56,669 bases of DNA from Octopus bimaculoides (Eukaryota). Within the stretch, counting starts at the first letter, position 1. Every line of letters starts with the position of its first letter. The stretch lies in NCBI RefSeq assembly GCF_001194135.2, contig NC_069000.1, positions 26,159,670 through 26,216,338 on the forward strand, read 5' to 3'. Below are positions 1 to 10,917 of the stretch, piece after piece. The position numbers were made by a program, and so were the translations under genes. Below the pieces are notes generated by a model that saw only the letters and a list, made by a program, of their open reading frames with translations, did not search any database and had not been told where the DNA came from.

Positions 1-380
1 AAACATGTAGGCGGCCTGCCCTCCACTTTCACTCTTAATTTTTGGTCGTCAGGTAGCGCTATCTCCTCGTCAATTCTATTAAGGTCTTCCACTGTTGCCT
101 GGATAGTCAGTTCGATTCCATATCCCCAATAATCCACACTCTTTGTTCTTGTGGCCTTCAATATCTTGGCCTCTTCCTTCATGTTGTACTTTATTGCTGT
201 CATGAGCCATGCTTCATCTAGTTCTGGGGGTAGTTTGCCTATTCGTACTCTGGCCACACGTTTGCCACAGTACGACGGCAACAGCACCCATTCCTCCGAT
301 CGTATAGCTTCCGTAGAGTTCCTAATTGCTTCTATTTCTGTTGCAAATCGTACCTCCACAGTGGCACATTTGACACTGTA
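1..380 (-). mobile_element. LINE ORF1 (gag-like, RRM + start of zinc knuckle) fragment, open at the left edge
   Basis: Stop-free minus frame from 380 to the edge: YSVKCATVEVRFATEIEAIRNSTEAIRSEEWVLLPSYCGKRVARVRIGKLPPELDEAWLM...LRVKVEGRPPTCF. The ending 'V.VEGRPPTCF' is how L1/Tx1-type ORF1 proteins lead into a CCHC knuckle. A TAA at 381-383 precedes it (frameshift or truncation). Clade not determined. Confidence 0.65.
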
Positions 381-880
381 TTACGGGTGTATATTTTACA
401 GACCACAAGAGAATGAATAAAAGAAAAAAATTAAATAAATAAGCGGCCGCTTTGAACTCAGAACGTAAACAGTTATAACTTAATATAACTCGACATTTAG
501 TGTGAGATAAGGTTGTGGTTGATGTGGTGTTTATTTGATTCAAAAAGATGCGGTGACGTGAAATATTATAATCTTCAATAAACAATATTCGAAAATAAGA
601 CGGAATGGTCATAGTAGGAAAACCTTTAATTATAGGACTAATTAGTCAGGACAGATCTGTCAAAGCACCAACAAAACAATGGCAACAACGATACTCAGAT
701 AGATACGTAAATAGACATACGTCACACTATATGTCGCCCACGTGTCAAACAAACGAGTCCCTATTAATATGCCTAATTGACTACTTGTGTCTGTAAGATA
801 TCGACTGATAACGGCACAATGTACATGTAAATAGCACATTTTCACACGCGCACGCTCGTGCTTACATACATACATATATA

Positions 881-1620
881 TGATAAATAAATTCAAAACG
901 GGATAAAACTCTTTTACAAGAAGTTTATCAAGAAGCCAGTGTGTAAAAAAATTCATAAGGGAAATTTCTATTCCCAAGAATATAATTATTCGTTTATATT
1001 TATATGAAGGGCATTATTACAGAAAATAATAACGCCACACAGTGGACTTCTCAAAATAACCACATTTAGTACCTAATGCGAGGAAAAACAACCAACAGAA
1101 GACGACCAACTTTCTTTTAAATAAACTTAACTGTGTATCGGCCGATTTCGCGATTACTAGAATGAATCTAGATTTCGTTCATCAGCACAGTATTGTCCCA
1201 AAAATATATATAAATAAACAGAATTCTCACCTCACCAAAAACGAACACACTACGTATCCGACAGAGTAAAGGGAATGAAGTTTATCTATATATATCTTCA
1301 TCAAAGAAGCGGGAAAACTTCCTGGTTGCTTCTGGTACCCATGTGGAGACAGGAATAAAAATTCAACATTGAATATATTCCGTGTATATATTTGATAAAT
1401 AAATTCAAAAAGGGATAAAACTCTTTTACAAGAATTTTATCAAGAAGCCAGTGTGTAAAAAAATTCATAAGGGAAATTTCTATTCCCAAGAATATAATTA
1501 TTCGTTTATATTTATATAAAGGGCATTATTACAGAAAATAATAACGCCACACAGTGGACTTCTCAAAATAACCACATTTAGTACCTAATGCGAGGAAAAA
1601 CAACCAACAGAAGACGACCA
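881..1620. repeat. 228-bp direct repeat pair (881-1108 and 1393-1620), period 512 bp
   Basis: Both copies run tgataaataaattcaaaa...cagaagacgacca. About 3 substitutions by eye. Confidence 0.95.
1130..1191 (-). ncRNA. Type I hammerhead ribozyme (minimal, palindromic stem III)
   Basis: Minus strand reads actgtg-CTGATGA-acgaaatctagattcattctagtaatcgc-GAAA-tcggccga-TA-cacagt. Stem I 6 bp perfect; core intact; stem II cga/tcg plus ctaga/tctag; cleavage triplet AUA. Position 10.1 is A rather than G. Confidence 0.8.
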
Positions 1621-1909
1621 CATACATAAGTACCTTCGCGCGGCTAGTCGGAGCTATGTAAGGTTTGCGTATATACTCAAAATAATATACTTTTCTAAGT
1701 TAAAGCACGGTTCGCGACAATGCTTCTCATTTCTTTGACTTAGCATATATGTGAGTGCGCGTGCGCATGTGTATGTGTATGTACACACACATACACACAC
1801 ACGCACACAAATATAGACAAATGACTACATATACATGTATATACTTACACATATATACATATACATACGTATATGCATTTACACGTAATTAGATATATAT
1901 GTATGTATA

Positions 1910-2035
1910 GGCGGCGAGCTGGCAGAATCGTTAGTACACTGCACGAAATGCTCAGCGGTATTTCGTCTGTCTTTACGTTCTGAGTTCAAGCCTCCTCCCC
2001 CAAATTTCAGGCCTTGTGCCTATAATAGAAAGGGT
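1910..2035 (+). mobile_element. tRNA-derived SINE (family A, Meta-domain-like), internally deleted
   Basis: Head ggcggcgagctggcagaatcg (A box) and gagttcaa (B box), tail aaatttcaggccttgtgcc. Homologous to other copies in the window. Confidence 0.8.
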
Positions 2036-2248
2036 CATACGTATGTAATTATTTACATGTGTGTGTGTGTGTGTGTGTGCGCGCGTGAGTGTGTATAGAA
2101 ACTTTTTATTGCCTTCTCAGTGTTTACTGTTTTACAAAATTAAATTAGAAAATTGAACAAAACAAAGAAAAAAAGAAAAAGAAAAAAGGAAAAGACCAAA
2201 ACAATTCAGCACCTTGGGTTGAAAAGTTGGGGGCGCTGGGAAACTTCG

Positions 2249-2803
2249 CTAATGGCTATTGAGACACGCCAGCACGCTTTCAGCGTTGCCGCGGGTGATG
2301 GCAAGGCTGATGCGCTGAAACAGCCAAGCGCCCCCACGAGCCTCATCAGTTACCTCTGCAAGGCGAGTTGCCAGTAAATACAAGAATCTTGCAGTTAGTG
2401 GTCCGATCCCAGCAAACATCTCAAACGCCACAGAATAGAAAATATAGTTGGCTGACAGATCGCGGTATTTCAGGATTTTGTTTCGCTCGGCTGCAGAAGC
2501 TGCGGATCTCGCTCTGACCGCAGCATCCAGAATGTGAGAAGCAGCAAAGGAGTCGCTAACTATGACATCCCAGACAAGGCATTTGCCTTGAGACCAGGGG
2601 CACAGGGTGAGGCCGTCAGGTCTCTTCCCATCACATCTGGACACTCCAGATGGTTCCAAGATGGAGGGGATGTTTGCCCGGGCCAAGCTCCTCTTGAGTA
2701 TCAGGTTCAACTCTGTATGACACGCGAAGCGACCAGCATTCAGGCGACAAGAAAGGCCATGAAGGTCTGTGGAGTCGAGGAGCCTACTACAACTACAGAT
2801 CAA
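2249..2803 (-). pseudogene. CRE C-terminal CCHC finger + restriction-like endonuclease
   Basis: CSCSRLLDSTDLHGLSC (C-x-C-x9-H-x3-C), then HTELN...ILEP...GKRPDGLT...LVWDV...FQRISLAITRGNA. Confidence 0.85.
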
Positions 2804-3336
2804 ACCTGTACAGACGTCAGGGCAATGGAGACACGAAGTTCGTCCAAGCTGAGTAGGCCACTAACATTAGCCACAGGGATGGCATCAATCCAGTCACCTG
2901 AGTATTTGGCGCTAGCAGACAGTAAGCGACTGGATGAAGAGGGAGTCGAAGGTAGCCTTCGAAGTTATGTTGTCCCAAGCTCTCTGACTCCGACAGTCCT
3001 CCACCTTCTCAGGAGCAGACAAGCCCAATTCTCTCCAGTGTTGGAGAGCTTCATCCAACTTCCTGTTGGAACCGGTCCATGTCGGAAAAGAGAAGATGCT
3101 GCTCACCAGAGTGTAGCAGGCGTGGGTGGAGGAAAGGAAGCAGGGGAGAGAAAGAGGAACGAACACTTACCAAGACCAAGACCTCCAAACCGCGGGACGT
3201 TGGAGAGAGTCTGACATTGACTAAGCATTCGAGTCTCTTAAAGATTAGGTTGTCGAAACGTTGGAGGCACGATGGAAATCGATAAGATGAACTGGCTCTG
3301 AGTAAGTATAGAAGCTTGGGGATCGAGAGGCAATTC

Positions 3337-4351
3337 CTAAGTATGAAAAAAACTTTGATGGGGTTCGATAGCTTCAATATTTTTCAGCAGTTGCTCAAGG
3401 GCTGCCACCTTCGACTGGAAGATGAACTCAAATGCAAGGTCAGTGATTGAGGCTCCTAGAGAGCACCAATCCGATGGGGGAGGGACTGCAATGGAAGGGA
3501 AGGACTCTGCAAAAAGGTCAATAGTTGGTTGATGTTGAGAAGCCGGGTGGTTGAGGATCCAGAGCTCACATTTGGAGTTGTTTACTTGGAGACCCCGGCG
3601 ACCAAGCTCCCCAACCATCATGTTTGCAATGGCGAGAACCCTGTGCGGAGGTCCTCGCAAACAAGCATCGTCGAGAGACCAAACGTTGAGGTCTAGCTCG
3701 ACCCCCATTTTGGTGATATCATCAATGCCCAGTGCGATCAGAGCGGGCTGAGAGGGTGGCCCTATTGGACTCCTGAGGCGGAGGTGATGATTTGGTCACC
3801 GAAAGAGAGATAGTAGGGCTCCCGATAAGCCAGCCATGCAAAGCGGTAGAGTTGTGGGACTTTCTCTCTTACTGAGCTGACGACAACATCGCGGCTGATG
3901 GAATTGGAATTAAGTGACAAGGAGGACAAGTTGGCATAGGTTCTGGTGGCGTGGGCAGCAGCTTCACATCCCAATTTGGTGCCCACTCCTAGTTGGCTGG
4001 GGGAAATCTCTCCTCCAATAAGCGAGAGACCGATTGTAAGCACACCTTTGTAGTGAGACGGCGAAGGGTGCAGCCGACCGCAATGGGGCGCAGGTCTCTA
4101 TTGGATTTAGTGAGCCCTGATAATTTTGCACCGAAGAATAGTGGGCGGATATAAGGGAGGATGTTCGCTGAAGAGAACTGGCTCACAAACTGAGTCAAAT
4201 TCTCCAAGAGCTCAAGTCCGGTGTCACCGGCCGATAAGGAGATACCATCCTTGAGGTGCTGAGGTCGAAAGCCATCAATTCCTGCACCTGAACCAGCAGA
4301 GAAAGATGAAATCGCCTTTCTGATGTTATCAGAGGTGAAGACAGGTCGCAA
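3337..4351 (-). pseudogene. CRE reverse transcriptase domain, disrupted
   Basis: GSGAGIDGFRPQHLKD, LRPIAVGCTLRRL, QLGVG...GCEAAAHA, SGVQ*GHPLSPL (QQGDP with TAG stop), VWSLDD (YLDD changed to SLDD). Several frameshifts, including a 14-bp duplication at 4450-4477 just upstream. Confidence 0.85.
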
Positions 4352-5275
4352 GTATTCTGGGGGATCGGGCCAGTTTGGTTGATTATCAGAGGGTGCCGGT
4401 AGGTGCTTCTCTTTCAGACGTCTAAGAGACTCATAGTCACACGGAGCGAGGGAGGATAGAGAAGGGAGGATAGAGAAGAGAGGAGACGGATAGCCCCTTT
4501 TATGTCAAATTTGCTGAAATTGGTATTGACCGCGCGCTTAAGTTTTATCGGGTGCCTGTCGGTAGGCACTGTGCTCGTTGTCAAATTGAGACGAGAAGTG
4601 GTTGGGATGGACTCAAATAGCTGCAAATATCGCTTGAGAGAGGATGTAAGGCAGCCCGATTTCACATCGTGCACGTGAAGAGAGATGCGAGGGAACAGAA
4701 ACAGTTTCTGCCAATTGGACGCATTGTTGGATAAACATACGTTTTTCAACAAGCTGGAGAACGCGTAAGCAAAGCTATTCCGAGCTCCCTTTGGGATCCG
4801 TTAATGAGCTTCGATTTAGATAAACCCTGGAGGGATGCAGCAAAGTCCTTAGTAGAAAGCTGGTTGTCAGAGTGTGAGGCGTCTCCACGGAGTGCGTCGG
4901 GGCTGAAGTGGCATTGACTGCAGGTCCAGTATGGCAAGCTCTCGGCTTGAGCCTTTATGATGTGGACACAACTCCTTAATTGTCTTTAAGTAACGGCTAG
5001 TGCGAGCACAGAGAACACAGTTGGCGGTGAGCTAGCATCGACCGACTGTAGAGGGCTAGCATTGAACTCAATCGGAGGAGTGAGTTAGCAGAGGAGGCAG
5101 GGTAAGCAGCATTGGTTCCTAAGGTGGAGCCAGAACGGAGGTCGGGTGGTGCGGATGAGGGTTAAAAGTTGTAGGTGTGGTAGGGCTGGCAGGGTTAATT
5201 CCGTTTCCATCAGTGGGGCTAGGACGAAGGTCGGGTGGTGGGGGGAGAGTTGTATATATATATATATATATATAT

Positions 5276-5505
5276 ATTTCTTTATTGCCCACAGGGGGCT
5301 AACCATAGAGGTGACAAACAAGGACTGACAAAGGGATTAAGTCGATTACATTGACCCCAGTGCGTAGCTGGTACTTATTTAATCGACCCCGAAAGGATGA
5401 AAGGCAAAATCGACCTCGGCGGAATTTGAATTCAGAACATAAAGACAGACGAAATACCGCTAAGCATTTTGCCTGGCGTGCTGACATTTCTGCCAGCTCA
5501 CCGCC
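5276..5505 (-). mobile_element. tRNA-derived SINE family A, full length
   Basis: Minus: ggcggtgagctggcagaa (A box), gaattcaaattcc (B box), central tttgcctttcatcctttcggggtcgattaaataagtaccag, tail gggcaataaagaaata followed by (TA)n. Confidence 0.9.
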
Positions 5506-5513
5506 TTTGTATA

Positions 5514-5576
5514 TATATATGTAAATATACACATACATGCATATACATACATACATACATACATACATACATACAT

Positions 5577-5650
<74 letters not shown>

Positions 5651-5669
5651 GCATACATGTATGTATATA
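5514..5669. repeat. Compound (TA)n/(CATA)n microsatellite
   Basis: Directly visible. Similar arrays flank most N gaps. Confidence 0.95.
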
Positions 5670-7269
5670 CAAATGTAAGATCCAAGGATCGAGTTGTATG
5701 AATAAAGTGAGCTTCAAGCAATTCGTAGAAAATATTTAAAAAACAACTTTCAGGAACAGTAGTGGTTTATTTGAGCGGAAGGTTGTGGATTTTCACCGTA
5801 TCGAAGTACGATTAGCTGAAAAAAAATATTTTATATTTCACGATAGGCAGCCAGGGTTACCGGAGGTTGCCGTGTATACACCTCGCTTGGATATTTACCA
5901 CTTCCAAGGTTCCGCTCGCTATGAAACATATGTAACCCGGATTTTATCTACTCCATTCCTTAATTCTTGGACATATTCATACATACATACATACATACTG
6001 CTGGAAATATAGCGATAGGAACCAATACACCGGTCCTCCTTTCCAAACACAACTAAAGCTTATGTACCAGAGAACATGTATGTATGGGAATGCTTATGTA
6101 CACATATGTGTATGTATGTATGGATGTGTGGGTGGGTATATATATGTGTCCTTATGTATAACAATAACAATTGACTCATTGATGTGCATGTATGGACGTT
6201 TATGTATGTACACTTAAGTGTATATATATATATTCATGTATTTATGTTTATTTATTTATGTATATCTGTATATGTCAGAGTATGCATGCATATGCATATA
6301 TATGTGAGTTTTTATGATTTTTATATGTTTTATATATATATATATATATNNNNNNNNNNNNNNNNNNNNNNNNNNNNNNNNNNNNNNNNNNNNNNNNNNN
6401 NNNNNNNNNNNNNNNNNNNNNNNNNNNNNNNNNNNNNNNNNNNNNNNNNNNNNNNNNNNNNNNNNNNNNNNNNNNNNNNNNNNNNNNNNNNNNNNNNNNN
6501 NNNNNNNNNNNNNNNNNNNNNNNNNNNNNNNNNNNNNNNNNNNNNNNNNNNNNNNNNNNNNNNNNNNNNNNNNNNNNNNNNNNNNNNNNNNNNNNNNNNN
6601 NNNNNNNNNNNNNNNNNNNNNNNNNNNNNNNNNNNNNNNNNNNNNNNNNNNNNNNNNNNNNNNNNNNNNNNNNNNNNNNNNNNNNNNNNNNNNNNNNNNN
6701 NNNNNNNNNNNNNNNNNNNNNNNNNNNNNNTATATATGTATATTGTAAATTAACTCCATGAAATTTGTAAATCTCTGATGAGACCTAGCGAACCATACAT
6801 GCACCTCTATTTTCATCCATTTCATCAATCAATTACTCCAATTTACTGGAGTTATATAGATAGAGTGAGGCATGTTACCTCTAGGCTGAAACAGCTGTAA
6901 GACATTGTTCCTTCTTCGGACACTAGATGTACTTTTTAATTTTCATTTTTGATATGACATAATATGTCATATGTGCTTGTATATTGTTTTTATTGTCCTG
7001 TCCTCTTAGTTGAAAAATAAACAGGCAAATTGACATAATACAATGTCTGCAAGTTGATGAGTACCACATTTTCTTATTGCTATATATATAGTGTACTGTT
7101 CCGTGATGGCAAAATCAACAAAAAAAGTACTCCATCTGTTGAGCGATAAATATATTTTAATAAACACAATATGCGCGAGGTTTATACGGGAAGTAACGCA
7201 AAAATGTTATGACTTATTTTGGTCTCTTGTTTGGTTTCTTCTTCCTTATGTTTTCTCTAAACTATTTTT

Positions 7270-8043
7270 TAGTGTATCAACGAGGCTGCATCGCTAGCTG
7301 TTCACATTACAGCCATGTTCTACAAAATCAACGAGAATGGAACCCTTATCTCCCAAGACAGACACCACACCTTTCACTAACGCTAGATATTGAACTCTTT
7401 AAGCTTCGGAGAGGAAGTGTGACACCATTCCATAAACTGAGCCTTCGTTTCCGGGTCATAAAGGTACACCCATGTCTCATCTCTAATCATCAGATAGGGA
7501 AAAAAAAACGTACCTTTATTGGCTTCAGGCGCTTTCAGCTAATCAAAACAAACTTCCACTCTGCTTTCCATCAAATCAAATGACAACGGTTGAGGTACCC
7601 ACATTTTCTCGACGTCCAAAGTCGTCATTCATTTTCTGAAATGCATTATGACAACAATCCAGTTGTGTAACGACGAATTGTGACTCATCCGTTCGCGCGA
7701 AGCACTTCGTCTGCTCGCTGACAGTTCATGTTAGTGGTTTGTCATCAATGCTGGCTTCTTCGTTTAATTTCATTCGTCTGTGCAAATTGTTCTTATCAAT
7801 AGTGTCATCCCCGTAAGCAAACTGTAAGCTCTTTGTCGATGTCGTAGAGTCTGCAATCCTTCTTCGACAAGAATTCAAAGACGCCACGCTGCTTCTGTTT
7901 GGAATCCATTACTTGCCTGCAATGAAGAGCTGAAAGAGTTACTATAAAAAAAGAAAGTTACTCCACCACCTCGTGCAATTTGAACGACTTATTTCAGTTG
8001 ATAAAAAAAGTTATGCCCACCTTATTTTTTATACAACCCCATA
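7270..8043 (-). mobile_element. Mariner (Tc1/mariner) relic, 3' part lost
   Basis: ATG at 7909: MDSKQKQRGVFEFLSK...AYGDDTID; DETWVYLYDPETKAQFMEWCHTSSP (first catalytic D). TIR-like tatggggttgtataaaaaataagg next to TA at ~8043. Confidence 0.8.
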
Positions 8044-8299
8044 TATTAAAATACAAACACAGACATGCACACATGTAGGAATGTATGTTTACGTGTTTGT
8101 ATCCATACATGGTCGCTGTACTTATAATTGCTCTTTCCGAGAGTGAGAGCTTAAATGATTTTTGAGCCCTGAAAGGTGTTTGAAGCAGCTGATCACATAT
8201 ATTGCAGCAATATCTCATTGCAGCATTGGCTCCATTTTCCACTTCTTTATGATGACTGATCATACATACATACATACATACATACATACATACATACAT

Positions 8300-8700
8300 A
8301 CATACATTCCACAAAGATTGCCTCCACTTTCGCTGCACTTTTTACTGCCAACTTCACACTGAACACATTTGGTAAAACTCGTCTAGTTCGATCACTTCCA
8401 AACAATAAGGCCACCCCTCTTGACGTTCTCTGCTTTATCCTCAACCATTTCGCCCCAGAGCTAACTCTATGCTCACCAAACACTTCCGTCTCTCCGTCTC
8501 TTCAGGGATCTACTTTCATCATTGGAAACACGCTGCAGTGTCTCATTCTCAAGAAAGTAGCCTCTCTCAACCTGTCAACTGTTACTCTATTACATTCACT
8601 TCTGATCTCTTTAAATAACAAACTTTTTTTGCTGTAGCTTAAATCCCAGCAATAGACAATCACATCATCATTCCAAAAAATGTCTATGGGGAGAAAAATA
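8300..8700 (-). mobile_element. Possible degraded LINE apurinic-endonuclease fragment
   Basis: Minus frames give ...SYSKKSLLFKEIRS... and ...RTSRGVALLF..., resembling the L1/Tx1 EN 'SRGVAILF' motif. Short and frameshifted. Confidence 0.3.
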
Positions 8701-9231
8701 TGAAAAAACATTAATACATGTTAAAATGACAAAGAAACGAGGAATGTCCCGAGTGGTTGTGGGATGTACTAGAAACAACAGCTGAATCTCCATTAAATCA
8801 CCTTTTCGTCTGAAAATTATTGTGAAATTATAATCAGAAACAAATTGCAGATTCGGACTGTCCGTATTTGAAAACTATGATTAAAAAAAATTTCGAAAAC
8901 AAGCCGAAATTCTAGGAGTCATGGTGGAGGGTGGGTTGAATGAAAATAGTAAAAAAGATTTCCCTATTGTTTTTAAATTACGTTACTATGATGGTGATCA
9001 CCGATTTCCATTTTTTTTTCCTACTGAAAAGGCATCTCACATTGTTTTTAAGTACGTAGTACAAAAAAGTTAGACAAAGTCGGTCCGGTGCGTAAATTTT
9101 CAAAAAGATTTGTCACAAAGAAGCTTCCCCTCCCCCATCATTTACAAGGGTGTAGTGAAAAAGGTTTGAAAAATCTCCGTCAAGTATGTATGCATGTGGG
9201 TATGTGTATGACGAAGTGTATATGAATGTGT

Positions 9232-9388
9232 TAGACCGCTTGACAACCAGTTTGCTTGCATCTCCGTAACTTAGCAGTTCGGCCAGAAAATTTCAATAAA
9301 GTAACTACCTCAAAATAGGTAGTGCATCGACTGAAAACTTTCAATGCGGTGCCCCAGCATGGCCGCTAGTCCAGTGATAAGAACAAAA
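9232..9388 (+). mobile_element. SINE family B 3' half
   Basis: accgcttgacaacc...ccgtaacttagcagttcgg...gcggtgccccagcatggccgc, matching the tail of 20962-21337. Confidence 0.75.
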
Positions 9389-9485
9389 GAGACAGAAGGA
9401 GAGAGAGATAGATGGAGGGAGGGAGGAACAAGAAATAGGAAGGTGGAGAATATGCAGGTACACACACATACACACATACATACAT

Positions 9486-9524
<39 letters not shown>

Positions 9525-10225
9525 NNNNNNNNNNNNNNNNNNNNNNNNNNNNNNNNNNNNNNNNNNNNNNNNNNNNNNNNNNNNNNNNNNNNNNNNNNNN
9601 NNNNNNNNNNNNNNNNNNNNNNNNNNNNNNNNNNNNNNNNNNNNNNNNNNNNNNNNNNNNNNNNNNNNNNNNNNNNNNNNNNNNNNNNNNNNNNNNNNNN
9701 NNNNNNNNNNNNNNNNNNNNNNNNNNNNNNNNNNNNNNNNNNNNNNNNNNNNNNNNNNNNNNNNNNNNNNNNNNNNNNNNNNNNNNNNNNNNNNNNNNNN
9801 NNNNNNNNNNNNNNNNNNNNNNNNNNNNNNNNNNNNNNNNNNNNNNNNNNNNNNNNNNNNNNNNNNNNNNNNNNNNNNNNNNNNNNNNNNNNNNNNNNNN
9901 NNNNNNNNNNNNNNNNNNNNNNNNNNNNNNNNNNNNNNNNNNNNNNNNNNNNNNNNNNNNNNNNNNNNNNNNNNNNNNNNNNNNNNNNNNNNNNNNNNNN
10001 NNNNNNNNNNNNNNNNNNNTATATATATATATATATAATTAAGGGATCAGCAAAATATTCAGAAAACAGCAGCTAAAAAAGCTGAGAATAATTATACACC
10101 CTTTTAATTTAGGTTTTTTCATACTGAGCTACCCGGCAAAATTGTTAATTATTAATTTTATTACTAATTGACGATTCCCTGCCCTGCATATCTATATATA
10201 TATATATATATACAGGTCCATATAT

Positions 10226-10340
10226 ATATTTAGCAGAAGCAATAGAGTGACTCAAGGTCAGAGAGTTTCGTGCCTTGGCGATAAGTGCCAACGTACGAAA
10301 CTCTCGGATCTTGAGTCACTCTATTGCTGCTGTTAAATAT
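10226..10340. repeat. 115-bp near-perfect palindrome (hairpin)
   Basis: agcaatagagtgactcaag (10238-10256) pairs with 10310-10328; gagagtttcgt (10261-10271) pairs with 10295-10305; ttggc/gccaa inner stem. Confidence 0.9.
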
Positions 10341-10486
10341 TGATAAAAATATACATAGACTCATTTTGAATTCTATTCTGTTTGCATCAGCATATTTATA
10401 TGTGTATGCGTGTGTGTGTAGATACACACATTCCCCATTGTCCCTCTTTATTTAGCTATTCTTTCGCTCTCATTTTCATTCTCTCT

Positions 10487-10527
<41 letters not shown>

Positions 10528-10869
10528 CATCTATGTATCTAGATGTGCGTGTGTCTGTGTGTGTGTGTGTTTGTGTACTGTCTGTCTGCCAGTCTATCTC
10601 AACCACTCCCGTATCATTCATTTTGTGTTACGCTCTGACTCTCTTCCTTTCTCTCTCTCTCTCTCACTCACTCTCAAGCACTCTCTCTCGCTATGTGTGT
10701 CTTTCTATCTTAATATCTTTCTCTTTCACACTACTGTACCCTCTTTTTCTGTCTTTCCCTCTTACTATACTGTATCTGTCCTCTCTCGCACTGTCTTTCT
10801 TACTCTCCTTCTCACTCCCTCTCTCTCTCTCTTTCTCACTCTCTTTGCTTGTTACTATAGTCTATCTCC

Positions 10870-10911
<42 letters not shown>

Positions 10912-10917
10912 ATTTAT

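Larger units (their letters stand above)
2103..5252 (-). mobile_element. CRE-clade non-LTR retrotransposon, decayed, near full length
   Basis: Frameshifted single ORF on minus: RIPKGARNSFAYAFSSLLKNVCLSNNASNWQKLFLFP (CRE-typical N-terminal block), RT, CCHC and PD-(D/E)xK nuclease. T-rich 3' UTR ending aataaaaa at ~2103. Confidence 0.85.

Noticed and set aside
2534-3285. Plus-strand ORFs of 226 aa and 68 aa
   Set aside because: Antisense shadows of the GC-rich CRE coding region.
7440-7495. Minus-strand CTGATGA...GAAAC spacing
   Set aside because: Lies in mariner DETW coding sequence and forms no stem II.
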